From NCBI GenBank assembly GCA_001938485.1, contig MQRK01225945.1, positions 16,024-80,023 on the forward strand: a DNA stretch of 64,000 nucleotides. The letters run 5' to 3'. The position numbers were made by a program, and so were the translations under genes. A model generated the notes under the pieces. The model did not search any database and was not told where the DNA came from. It saw nothing but the letters and a program-made list of their open reading frames with translations. Source of the DNA: Girardia tigrina. Taxonomy: Eukaryota. Positions 26,979 to 39,548 of the stretch are shown piece by piece; positions within the stretch are counted from its first letter, which is position 1; every line of letters begins with the position of its first letter.

Positions 26979-28415
26979 AAAATACATACCGCATTTGGAA
27001 TACCTTTAAGACCCCTTTTATGGATGATTAGAACGTCTCAATATATGGTAGCGAAATATCTAGATTCACGATTAAAACCTCTATTATCATCTGAATTTTT
27101 GTGTCGTGACAGTTTTGAATTTGTTGATTTCATTTCTACTTATAAAGTACAGAATGAAGGTGAATTTATGATTTCTTTTGACATCTCTAGTTTATTTACA
27201 AATGTTCCTTTGGTTGAAACTTTGAATTTGTGTTGTGATCGATGGAAAAATAATCATTCAGAACATCATATTGTCGACGAGGTTGGGTTTCGAGAGTTAT
27301 TAAGTTTTGCAACATCAAATGTTCATTTTCTTTTTAATAATGAGTGGTATAAGCAAACTGATGGTGTTGCTATGGGTTCACCGTTAGCACCAACGTTAGC
27401 TTCTGTTTTTCTTTCAAAGATTGAAAATAAAATAAAATTGTTTGATGGAAATCAACCTTTAGTATATAAACGATAAGTTAATGATATATTTCTAGTTTTT
27501 AAAAATCAGGCTGATGTACTTCCATTTGTAAATTTTATGAATTCGTTACATTCAAATGTTACTTTTACAGTTGAAAATGAAAGGAATGGAGTCTTATCTT
27601 TTCTGGATCTTTAGGTTGAAAGAAAATCTCTTAGCTATGAGACTGGAATTTATAGGAAGCAAACTGATACATGTTTATATACTTCACCGGACAGTTTTTG
27701 TGAACTTAAGTATAAATTAAACATGATTAAAGGTTTAATTTATCGCTCCTGGTCTTCCACTTTTGTTAAATCTGTAGAAAGTGTTAATAAACTAAGTTTG
27801 TTGTTAAATCAGAATGGTTATTAAAAATCTTTTCTAGAAAAATTAATAAAGGAAACAGTAGATAAAATACTTTTGAAAGATTTTTCGAAAAATCAGAGTT
27901 TGGCTTCTCCTGACGGATCTAAGAAAGAAATCAAAGGATCATTAGATATTAATAATATGTCTAAATATTGTTTAATTGTATCTTATTCGGAAGGATTTAA
28001 AATCTTTAAAAATGATTTGTTAAAAGCAACTAACAATGAATTAAATTTAAAAATTATATCACGATCTCATAAAATTCAAAATATGTTCAGTAATAAATCT
28101 GTTACACTATTAAAACTTTGTTCTGATATTGTTTATGAATATAAATGTAATGGGTGCGATGCCACATACATTGGAGAGACTGCCCGTCATCTCTGTAAAC
28201 GAATTCAAGAACATGGTCGAGAAGAGAGTAAGAGTAATATTGCAGAACATAGGAAAAAATGTAAATGTGATGTTAATATTGATAATTTCAAAATTCTGTG
28301 TGAGCATTTTGACGGTTATTGGGAGAGAGATATCACGATTTCATAAAATTCAAAATATGTTTAGTAATAAATCTACTACACCTTTAATACTTTGTTCTGA
28401 TATTGTTTATGAATA
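26979..28415 (+). mobile_element. Penelope-like retroelement (RT + GIY-YIG), 5'-truncated and inactivated
   Basis: IPLRP, SFDISSLFTNVP, QTDGVAMGSPLAP, YKR*VNDIF (YVDD disrupted), LSFLDL and IYRK. Endonuclease IVYEYKCNGCDATYIGETARHLCKRIQEH. The 3' end carries an internal duplication. Confidence 0.95.
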
Positions 28416-28631
28416 TTCCTTCATGTCAAACTTATCGCAATGTGTTTTATAAAAATATAATTAATAATCCTTCCTTTAAGGTTATTCTAGAAATACAAAA
28501 TTGTAAGATAATACTTAAAAAATCAAAATTATGTATTATGTTTCTTAAATTATTTAAAATTTACAATAAAAAATCAAAACTATATGTTAGGTTTTAGGTT
28601 TTTATTATTGACCATATTAAAATTTAAAGTA

Positions 28632-29003
28632 TCTAGTGTTAGAACAATGTAAGTAGGAGAAGTCGGCAAATTAGATCCGTAACTTCCATAAAAGGATTGG
28701 ATTTAAAAATCTGGTATGATGGGCTTGATTGAAAAGTTGATTGGATGGAGTTTTAGCTTTCTTCGGTAAATGGTAGAATAAATATGATTCTATTTTCGTT
28801 GCTTTTAAAGTTTATTGCTTCTGGAGCTTTTTCCGACTGATTGATGGGCAAATTTATCTAAATGACTTATTTTTCGGAATTTGTCATAGTCGTTACACAA
28901 TTAGTGATCAACCTAGAACAGTCAAGAACTGGAGAGATTATATTGTCTAATAAAAACAAAACATTTTGATAACTGGTAAACGGTTTGACCCAATGTGATT
29001 TCT
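28632..29003 (+). pseudogene. 28S rRNA pseudogene fragment (conserved cores around a variable segment, about D8)
   Basis: AGAACAATGTAAGTAGGAGAAGTCGGCAAATTAGATCCGTAACTTC..AAGGATTGG and TGTCTAATAAAAACAAAACATT...TTGACCCAATGTGATTTCT match the eukaryotic LSU core with several substitutions. It is an isolated fragment. Confidence 0.9.
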
Positions 29004-29905
29004 AGTAAAACAATCCAAAATAAGTTTTTTTTAAAAATAAATTATCGAGTAATATTTGTTTCTTTACTCAAACCCCTTTCTTAATATAAATAAGTATACT
29101 ATAATAATTATATGAATATTTTAAAATTCCTAATTTTAAATTTATATTTTAATTTTTAAGTATATTTAGCAATTTACGTTTTATATTATATATAAATATA
29201 TAGATTTAATATTTATTTAAAAATGTATAAGTAGTACTAAATTCATTCAATATATGTCAAATCTTTGGGTTCTAAGATTAATCTGCAAATGTGTCTCTCG
29301 GCAACTTTATTGAGTGTGTTTAGATGACATAATCAATTAATGATTATATAAGCACTGTTGGCATATTATCGGTTATAATAACGGTTATACCGTCAAAATT
29401 AATTGTCAATAAAAAAGGTGTATGTTTTTAATAAAAAAGTTCATTATTTTTGAAATTATTTGTTTATTCCTAAAAAAGGAAGTATTTTGTTTAAAGCTAT
29501 TAATAACTTATTGAATCGTTTAAAGTTTAAAAGTAAATAATTGTTCAAAATTTTATTTATTGTTATCACAAATACAAAGAAAGAAATTCTGAAGATTGTT
29601 ATAATCTTTATGTCACTTTTTCATGTTTTAGGTCTTTTGATCCTCCAAGGTAAAGTTTTTAAACTCTGATCTGTTTTACTTATAAAAAATTTTCAGTTCT
29701 CATAAACATGATATGTTAGAATGGTTCAGATATGTTACAAGGTCACACCAATAAATCTGTGGATATTATTCGTTTTGTGTGTTAATATAATATACAAAAC
29801 AAAAGGTGTATAAACTTGAAATTTAAGGCGTTAAATAATTTAAATACATCAAGATACTAATATTGTTATTTGATATTTAATAAAAAGGCCTTAATTTTAA
29901 AAATA

Positions 29906-30079
29906 AAAATTGAAGAAAATGTACGAATTTCATTTAAAAAAGGAAATAAATTTCTAAGAAAAAGTATTTTAATTTGAATATCGATTTTAACTTTATTTTA
30001 TTAAAATTTCTTTAATTAGACGTAAATTTTGAGACTAGAATTTTTAAAATTTTTAAAATATTTTTTCTGTAAATTTTAT
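29906..30079 (+). repeat. Direct repeat, copy 1 (copy 2 at 34427-34589)
   Basis: About 170 bp nearly identical: AAAATTGAAGAAAATGTACGAA...CTGTAAATTTTAT. Confidence 0.9.
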
Positions 30080-30554
30080 AAAAATGCAATTTAATACATA
30101 TTATAATTTATACTTTTTCTAAACCACAAAAACAAGAGTTTTTAGTATTAAAGCTGTCGAAAAAAAATAAAAATTAAATTTAAAAATTCAGTAAAAATTA
30201 TTTTATTATTATTTAAAAAGTGCAAATAAAAATACAAAAAATATTAATTCGATTAATTATATAAATTTCGAAAAAATATTCAAATAAGAAGAAAGGAAAA
30301 TATATCGTATAAAAACTTTTTTCGATTTCCTTATCATAATTTATTTGACAAGATCCATCATCCGTAGACTTTTTTATTACATTTGTGATTATTTTTTTGT
30401 TTCTTTTATTTCTAATATTGAATTAGAAATTCAGAATGAACATTCTATCTCATAAATTACTTTTATTAAAATGTTTCTCTTTAATTATTAATTCATTTAA
30501 ATAAAAGAAATTCGATAAAAATAATGATTAAAATTGATTTGAAATGTTTTTGTT

Positions 30555-30623
30555 ATATATATATATATATATANNNNNNNNNNNNNNNNNNNNNNNNNNN
30601 NNNNNNNNNNNNNNNNNNNNNNN

Positions 30624-30675
<52 letters not shown>

Positions 30676-30676
30676 A
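30555..30676. repeat. (TA)n/(TG)n microsatellite containing a gap
   Basis: Direct reading. Confidence 0.95.
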
Positions 30677-31099
30677 TTTTTAATTTAGAATTTCCCCTTT
30701 GATTTAAATAAATAAAAGAAAATATATATAAAAGTTAAAAATATTTGTGAAAAAAGTAATTAATAAAGAATAAAGTATGATACTGATAATCAAAACGTAA
30801 AACAAATATTAATACAAAATATAATTAAAAAAAAATATAATTTCCGTTCTTAAAAAATAATTCCTTTACAATTTCCAAATGTTGACTGAATTCTCTTCAG
30901 TGAAAAATCATTTTTACTTTCAAATTTTTACTTACATTCGATTTTATATTCTTTTTTTGTAGAATAATTTTAATTTTGTATTCTTTTGAAACGCTTTTTT
31001 AATCACTATTTATGTTTCATGTCGTTGAGTTCTGTGAGCATTAATTTAATATTATCGATTGTTAGTTGCCATATCGAATTACACAATTAAGTCGTTTCA

Positions 31100-31510
31100 C
31101 AAAATATATTTGATAACTAAAACAAATCATCAAATTGCAAGAATTATTAACGAAATACTTGGAACTATATTAAAATAAATACATAAATATTGGAGGTTAA
31201 GAAAAAAGTTTTTATTCGCATAAATTCTCATGAGTTTCTTTTTAAAAAGCTGACAAAAATGTATTTAAATTTATTAAACTTTATAAAAAGAGAGGGAAGA
31301 CATGTGGAACATTATAAATAAGATCTTCGTTTCCTAAAATTAACGATCAAAATATAATCTCGACAACTATTAAAAATGTTTGAATGACGAAATGACAAAA
31401 TTTCGCTCGCATAATAATTAACTGCAATATATATTTTCAACAATCAGTTTTCTAGAGATGACGATTAATCCGTCGAAATGAATAAACATAAATGTCTTAT
31501 TTGACTTGTT
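31100..31510 (+). mobile_element. Highly decayed Penelope 3' end with degenerate hammerhead
   Basis: TCGTL*IRSSFPKINDQ resembles the endonuclease C-terminus. It is followed by CTAGAGATGACGATTAATCCGTCGAAAT (31452-31479), homologous to 42228. Confidence 0.55.
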
Positions 31511-32611
31511 AATTTTGATTTCAATCAACTACCGATTTGTCTAAAATTAGTTTACAAGTCAGAAGACTTTAAAAATAAGCTTTTTAAAATTAAGGTAGGT
31601 GGCCGTTCAATAGATATGCAAACTATGTTACCAGGGAGGCTTTGAAGTGATGTTGAACTACCGTCAACGCTATAATTTCACACTATTATTTGACAAACTA
31701 TGTTATTTCACAGGCAAAGTGACAAAACCAAAAACGTCACAGAGCACAGATAAAAAAAGATAAAATTTTTTTAATAGCTTCACTATTTTATAATTTCACA
31801 GTTTTAAAAACATAACTTCCGTCAAAATAGTTTTTACTATTAAAAAAAATGCATGTTTTGAAATAATTCAATTTTAAATTCTGAAAAGTAAATGAGTTTA
31901 TTAATTGTCATTAATTTATTTTTCAATTTAGGGAAACTAATAGCCCAACACTCCAAATATGAAAACTTTTAACAAAAATCTTTGTTCCTCTAAATAATAC
32001 TTCAAAAATTCAACCACAAAATGCGGTTATTATAGCATCATTCAATAAAAAATACAAAACATTTCTTTTATAAAATGGTTCTATGAAAATTACAAGCTTA
32101 ACAAAAATGCTACAAAAATAAACCTTCTTTAATCAATAAGATTTGTGATAAAGGCTTCGGAAAGATCAGAGAAACTATGATAAAAATATATTGGGATAAT
32201 TTACGATAAAGAATCTTGTACCATGAACAAGGATACTTTAAATTATTATGAATGTAATTCAATAATTTACGGGTTGGGTATTTCATAATCAATGACATTT
32301 GAATAATATATTTCAATGGAAACAGAAACTGATGAAGTGAAGAAGAATGAAGTGAAACATTTAGATAAAATTCAGAACCAAATATTAACTGAAAGATCCA
32401 AAAACCTGAAACAAACTTCCATCTTGAGCATTCTTAACCACTGAAAAAATAATGTTCAATAATTTTTTAGTTTTGAAATTTTTTTTATTTAGTAATCCTT
32501 TAATAATTTTTTTTTAAAAATTGTAATAAAAAAATAATGAAAAAAATAATGAAAAAAAGTTCTTCAATGGTTAAAGTCCCGAACAATTGCTGGTCTAATG
32601 TTTGTGCTTAG

Positions 32612-32708
32612 TGTGAGGAATATTTGGTGTGTGGATGTTTTTGTGTAGTTTTTGTATGTTTAAATGTTGCATGTTGATTTGGGATTGTGCCTCTCCTAAC
32701 CAGATGGA
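32612..32708 (+). repeat. Two-box dispersed repeat, copy 3 of 7
   Basis: TGTGAGGAATATTT...GGATTGTGCCTCTCCTAACCAGATGG. Confidence 0.8.
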
Positions 32709-34636
32709 TTGTCAATATTTAATTTTTANNNNNNNNNNNNNNNNNNNNNNNNNNNNNNNNNNNNNNNNNNNNNNNNNNNNNNNNNNNNNNNNNNNNNNNN
32801 NNNNNNNNNNNNNNNNNNNNNNNNNNNNNNNNNNNNNNNNNNNNNNNNNNNNNNNNNNNNNNNNNNNNNNNNNNNNNNNNNNNNNNNNNNNNNAAGTAAA
32901 TATTTTTAAATAAAATATTTTTCTCAAGTTAGTTCAGATTATAATGAGAGATATTGAAAAATTGATTGATGGAATCTAGTGAAAGCCTTACTGTTGATCA
33001 TCATAAAGATGACAAAAATTGTGAATATAATAAATGTTCTGACAAATGTGTGAGTTCTCTTAACACTTAGAATGAATGATGAGAACTTTTGCGGAATTTA
33101 ATGTAAAAAGTGAATTTAAGACTGATACTAAACCAATAAAATACGAGACCATGATGGTGGTGGTTATCAAAACTTTGTAAAATCCCAGAGGAAATTTATT
33201 AAATGTTGATGTCTATTTATGGAGGAAACGCATTCAAGAAAACAATCTTTTTCAAGGAAATCAAGGGTTTCAGTAAATATTGTGAATACTGCAAGAATTA
33301 TGTGAGACCAGGACGACCATGGATCTCCACTTTCGATAAATTTCTCACTGAAAGGAAATGAATGCTTCCTTTTCAAGCTTTTGAGGTATCTTTCACATTC
33401 TGTGCTACCAAACTTTTGTAATTCAATTAATGACATCTGAATCACAACCATACGTACGATCTTTTAAACCAAAGCGCCGGTTCCATCATAAAAAATAATT
33501 TATTAATCTCTTAAATATAAAATATCGATTTATCTCACCATATTAAACGTAGTTAAATCTTTGAAGATGTTGTTGGCATTTCAAGTTAAGAGCATCATCA
33601 TACTATAGCTTGAAACTAAATAGAAATAACCTAAAATATATTATACAAAGGATTTTACATAATGAAGTTACCGACTTTGACTGGTGATTTATTTAGAATT
33701 TATTTACTATTAAATTTATTCAATAATTTTCTAAGTATAATTGTCAAAAAGTTTTCTTCGTTTTAATGTTTTCCAAATATTTTGGAATAATTTTAAATAT
33801 ATTAGAAAATCATGCTGGAAAAATATATAGAGAGACAACGGTTTAAAATGGATCAAAAGAATAACATCTTGAAAATTATAACACAAATAATCAAGTTACA
33901 ACATTCTGAAGGATATAGAGCATTTAGAAAGTCTCACAGTAACCAAAAACGGTTTGTGAATATAGAGTTAATTTGATATGTAAATTTAATTGTTACGGGT
34001 ATCGAAAATCAAATATTGCGAAATATATAACCTTCAATGTACACGTACTTAATGGTTTTTCATAATAATTGTACAAAAATGCACTCAAGAAAATTCGATG
34101 GACCAGATGGAGATAACTCCATCAATCTGAGAGATGCCAAAACCATTTTTTTGCCAAAAAGTGTATTTAGTTCTATGAATAACAGAAACGGAATTGGGAT
34201 TAGTGGGCAAAACTAACATAAGTGGCATAACTTAAATTAAACTTAAAAGTTAAAGAGCTCAAGGAACGCATAATACGAGAAAGAATTTACGTTGATGAAG
34301 GAAATACTATAGTGCTTATCCTAAAATGCAAAAGTCGTGTTTAAGATATTATTGCTTGAACTGCCTCAGTGTGCTATAAAATAGGTAGAACATAAATAAT
34401 TAGAGACACATGAGACGAACGAGATGAAAATTGAAGAAAATGTACGAAGTTCATTTAAAAAGGAAATAAATTTCTAAGAAAAATTATTTTAATTTGAATA
34501 TCGATTTTAACTTTATTTTATTAAAATTTCTTTAATTAGACGTAAATTTTCAGACTAGAATTTTTAAAAAAAATTTCTGTAAATTTTATTCATATATCTT
34601 AATTCATATACCAAAGGATGACTGCAATCAGAATTA

Positions 34637-35957
34637 TTAACATGGCAAGAAAGTTTTTTCCGTTACTCTCCACTTCTAAATAAGAAAGAAAATTGCCATT
34701 CTAATGCTATGTTTTTGTTAATTCATGTTTATAAATATTTTTTGGCAAAAAAATCAATCGATATATATATATATATATTAATTTGTTTCATATGATCACT
34801 TTTCATATTGGATTTAAAAGGTTGTCGGTAAAAATAGAGTTTTCAATATCTAACAGTCGATTCTATGCATACGTTGAGTGGAACGACTGCATCTGAAACC
34901 TATAGAAAGTTGTTCAGTGCCTTCCCTGATGATTTCCCAACGGAACGCACAATAAGAAACTGGTTCTCTGATTTTACCTCAGGCAAGTGGCTATCGTTGG
35001 ACGATCACCCACGAAGTGGACGTCCTTCAGCAACAACAACTGATGATTTGATTGAAAAAGTTAGGAACATAATTGAACAGGATGAAAGAATGTCTTTAAG
35101 ACACATAAGTGAAATGCTTGATGTCAACAAAGAATTAATAAGGACAATCCTCCACGAAAATTTGAACAGGAAAAAGATTTTGAGCATCTGGGTGCCTTAT
35201 CAACTGACTGATGATCACAAATGACAACGTATTGAATCCTCAAGAAATTCTTTGCAACTTGTGCAACAATACTTGATGAAACGATGGATAACAGTTGATG
35301 AAATATGGATATCATTTTCCCCTACATTATGGAGATCCGACTTACGAGTATGGGCAAGTGGAGATGATCCTCGACCACGTGCTGTTCAAAACAAAAAATT
35401 TGGACGAAGAACAATGCTTATTTGGGCATTCACAGCTGATGGTAAGTTTCACATCGAAGTAACCAAATCTGGCGAGGCTATCAATTCTGAAAGATATACA
35501 GATTCATTCAAAATAGTCTTACGAAGTTTAGTAAAGACAAACGACGAGTGAAAATGCGAGAAATTCTTTGGCAGCATGATAATGCTCGACCACATTCATC
35601 CAAGTTTACCACAAAGTTTTTTTCAGAAAAACATGTTGAATTGATTAAACAAGCTCCATATTCGCCTGATTTAAATCAGTGTGAGAAATGACTATTCCAA
35701 TTTTTAAAAGGATCACTAAGAACAGCATCATTTGCAAGTGAGGAAGAGGTCGTACAAGCGGTCAGTGATATTATGAGGAATCTCTCACGAGAAAAACTTT
35801 CAAATGAATTTGATAAACTTTTTACACATGCTGAAAATGTTATTTGTTGTAATGGTGAATATACTGTTGTGTAGAAATATATATTTGTTGTTTTATATTT
35901 GTTTTATTTAGAAATTAGAAATACAGAGGAGTAACGGAAAAAACTTTGCCATATTAA
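34637..35957 (+). mobile_element. Full-length mariner-like element with disrupted transposase
   Basis: TIRs TTAACATGGCAAGAAAGTTTTTTCCGTTACTC / GAGTAACGGAAAAAACTTTGCCATATTAA with TA flanks. Motifs PRSGRP, IWVPYQLT, ITVDEIW, WQHDNARPH and APYSPDLNQCE. In-frame TGA at 35222 and a frameshift near 35510. Confidence 0.95.
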
Positions 35958-36923
35958 TATTAAAAGAATGGATTGCCAATGAAGCATTTGATCAAGGATA
36001 TTGAGGCTATAACTGCTTAAATATCAAAGTAGATATTGGATGAAATGGAAACATTCCTGCTAACAGGCATGAAAGTGAAAGAGACATTTTATTTCCCAAC
36101 CCTAACTTAAATTTATATTATTAAAGTCTGAAACCCTCATTTAAAGCACAACTAATAGGGCATATGTATTAGTCTACTTCCAACAGTGCTAGATCCAACA
36201 GTTACCGACGTCATTCAAACAGTCTCAAATGTCACTCAAACTAAATCAAAATATAAATAAATTATTTTCTTAAATTCTAGACTATTACTATTGAAAATTT
36301 AATTTATATATTATTTATAAAATATAACAGAAAATTATTCAATTAAATAAATTGAAAATATGTGACACATTACAACATTAATTAATATTGTTGAATAATT
36401 GGTTTTTTATTATTTCTAATTATGTTTCTTCGACAATTCTATTTATAAGTTGATAGTAAATAATTTATGTTAAATTATTCATAGTTCCATTTTCTTCACA
36501 TGAATTTTCATATTAAATTATTTATTTAATATTATTTTATATAATTTTCTCACTTGAAATTCATTGGAAATTCTGGAAATTTATTTTTTTGTTTCGGTGA
36601 AAATATTTGAATTTATTTTCACACAGATTTACCGATAAAAAATAAAGTGGAAAGATATATTATTTATTAAATGACAAATTATATTTTTTTTAAAAAAATA
36701 ATGGGGGCGGAAAAATACATTTTTAATGAGAAAATATTTGCAAATCATAATCCACGAATTTTATTATTTTTTAAAATATCTGTTTCTAAAAAAATTTAAT
36801 AAAAAGCAGTAGATAAAATTAATATTTTTATAACAATAATGAATATCAAGAAGAGCGTTGAAATGTTAATAGAAGAAACATGTGGTTGATGGCATTCGGT
36901 TTTTCGATGTTGTTCGGGATTCA

Positions 36924-36964
<41 letters not shown>

Positions 36965-37084
36965 TTATTCTTATCTATATCGAATTCCATACCTATTCTT
37001 GTCGCCATCCCGAATCAATCGAAACAATTGAATCTCAGACAACTTTGATTCGTTTTAGAATATGTAAATAATTGATATGGATAA

Positions 37085-37783
37085 AAATAAACGCTTTATG
37101 ATGCATTTTCGTTGTAAATGTGATTACTTTTTTAATCGAATCATCACTTGTGAGGAAACATTGATCAAATATAATAATTTTAAACGTTCAGTAAGCTAGG
37201 TGGACACGAATGAAGCATTAAAACACAGTACAAATCACTTCATTCATCAAAAGAAGCTCATGGTAAGTGTTTGGTGATCTGCTGCAGGTGTGACTTCAAT
37301 TATGACTTCAAAAAAGCCTGGTTTCTCGATCACAACAGATGTCTACTGCAACCAATTAAAAGATATAATGCTGAAACTCAAAACAAAAACAGCCGCGTTT
37401 GATGAATAGGTCTCTTGAATGACTCTTATCTTGCTAACAACAATGCAAAACCACATACTGCAATGAAGATCTTGACAGTACTACAGGAACTTAATTTGTA
37501 ACTTCTGCATCATCCTCCATTCTCACGAACACCTAATCATAACTGATTAACTTTTCTTCTTCAATTTCAACAACTCTTTGTTAGGAAAAAAATTTAAATT
37601 CTGAAGATGCCATAAAAATGATCTAATGTTTATTCTAATAGCTTCAAGAAACTGCTTCAAATTGCACAAGTGTGTCGAAAATTTGGGTGCATACTTTAAT
37701 GAATGATATAAATATTTGTATTTGTAGATTAGCAATAAACTTTGACTTTATTTATTTACAAATTTCATAGTTGAAGACATGAT
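37085..37783 (+). mobile_element. Decayed cecropia-subfamily mariner, 3' half
   Basis: RIITCEETLIKYNNFKRS, HQKKLMVSVW*SAAGV, DVYCNQL, NNAKPHTA and LHHPPFS. TIR-like end ATTTCATAGTTGAAGACATGATA. Confidence 0.8.
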
Positions 37784-38054
37784 ACATCTTTGTGATTAAT
37801 AATTGTGTTAATTAACTTATAGCTTATCACTTCGCATGATACGCTGTTTTAAATGATCTTCAAAGATACTGTTTTTTATCTGTAAGATGTACTAATTTTG
37901 CAATTTTGTAAAACTTACTCCTTTATCTATAAGAATCAAATAACTAATATTTCAGAACTGTGAAAATTGAATAGTCAGACTGCATATAATTATCGAATGT
38001 CAACTCACTTGAACAAACGATAAATTACCCCTGAATTTATAACTTGAAATATGA

Positions 38055-38495
38055 AACAACTTATTTTTTGAAAACAAATAAACGTCATTTAAAAATATAT
38101 TTTATGATAATATATTTCGACGGTTTAAAAACACAGTCCAAAAAGGGAAAAGAGTAATATTGCTGAGCATAAAAAAAACGTGTAAATGTAATATGAGCAT
38201 AAATGATTTTAAGATTTTGTGCAAGCATTTTAAAAATTATTGGGAGAGTGTCATGTGAAGCATTGTTGATAAGATCATGTGATCCTAAAATCAATGTTTA
38301 AACAGCACTCTCAACTAATTTGTTAAGAATTTTCGATTACACTTACGCAAGTGATTGCATAATCATTCATTTCTTATATAAAATCAATAAAAAGAACATA
38401 ATCAGCGATCTGATGATGACGGTTAAACCGTCGCAATATATTATCATAAGATATATTTTTAAATGGCATTTATTTGTTTATAATAAAAACTTGCC
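38055..38495 (+). mobile_element. Penelope 3' fragment with pLTR and inverted partial pLTR at its 5' end
   Basis: Interrupted frame AEH..TCKCNMSINDFKILCKHFKNYWE..CEALLIRSCDPKINV. 38060-38125 is the reverse complement of 38425-38490. Confidence 0.9.
38405..38445 (+). ncRNA. Minimal type I hammerhead ribozyme motif (GAAA box mutated to GCAA)
   Basis: GAT-CTGATGA-T-GACGG-TTAAA-CCGTC-GCAA-TATATT-ATC. Confidence 0.7.
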
Positions 38496-38778
38496 ATCTT
38501 TTTTCAAGTTTATTTGTACTAACTTATTTTTTATAATTATTTAGAAAATATGTGGTCGTATTAAATTTTTTTCAATTAAAATCTTATTAACGTTTATTTT
38601 TAAAAATTTCAACTATAAACTTATTTCAAAAATATGTTTTAATTATAAAAATTCTTCTGAATAAAATACTGACTTTAAATATTTTAGATGTTTTTAATTT
38701 TCAAATATTCAAAAAAATGCAAATAATTAATAGTTAAAAAATTAATAACAAAACTCATCCATTTAAAAATATATTTTA

Positions 38779-38820
38779 AAACAATATATTTCGACGGATC
38801 TACCGTCATCTTCAGGTCAC
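38779..38820 (-). ncRNA. Minimal type I hammerhead ribozyme motif with intact core
   Basis: Minus strand GAC-CTGAAGA-T-GACGG-TAGAT-CCGTC-GAAA-TATATT-GTT, inside a solo pLTR-like segment (about 38760-38870). Confidence 0.8.
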
Positions 38821-39429
38821 TAATTAATAATCAATTCACCTGTATATAAATACAAAAATGATGATTATCGTTAAAAAATTAATCGTTTTTTTCAGCATTT
38901 CTAATAATTATTATTAAAATCATTTTTGAAGTTCGTCTGTTCATTTTTGATTTTTCTTTTAATTAATTACAGAAAGAATATTATATAAAAATAAAATGAT
39001 CTTATGATATCTAAAACAAATATTTAATTTTTGCCAAAATAGAAATAATTATTATATTGTTTTAGAAATTTGTGAAATTGAAATATAATAATTTAATTAT
39101 TGTATGACAAATTGTTTTTTTTCCATGGATGGATTTTTTTAAAAGACATTTAATTTTATAATATAATTATGTTTTATTTTAAGAAAAATTCATTAGAAAA
39201 TAACAACATTAATTTTTTAAAGAATTTTTACAAATAAATAGCTAAATCGTTAATTGGTTATTTTTGCATTTATTTTATTATTATATTTACTAAATATTAG
39301 GTCTAAAAATTATTTTAATTTTAAAATAAATATTATGTCTTCTGCAAAGAATAAATACATAATAAAAATTAGATAAACTTAAAGTTTCTCGAAAAAATAT
39401 TTATATGTATTATATGTATTAAAATTATA

Positions 39430-39548
39430 CAGGGGCGGCCATAAGTCGCTTTACAATAAGTCGCCATCAACATCTGCAGTTCGTGCAAGTTTGCAGTTGC
39501 ATATACCACGCACAAGTTTACTGGGTAAAGCGACTTATGGCCACCCTG
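39430..39548. mobile_element. Tc1/mariner-type MITE (119 bp)
   Basis: TA|CAGGGGCGGCCATAAGTCGCTTTAC ... GTAAAGCGACTTATGGCCACCCTG|TA. Confidence 0.9.

Noticed and set aside
29255-29300. AAATCTTTGGGTTCT resembling 18S rRNA
   Set aside because: The match is about 14 nt and does not continue.
32629-32927. ORFs running through N gaps (also 7716-8111 and 57426-57755)
   Set aside because: Artefacts of translating Ns.
34085-34165. GPDG...KTIFLPK, LINE RT-like words
   Set aside because: Too short and too closely spaced to support a call.
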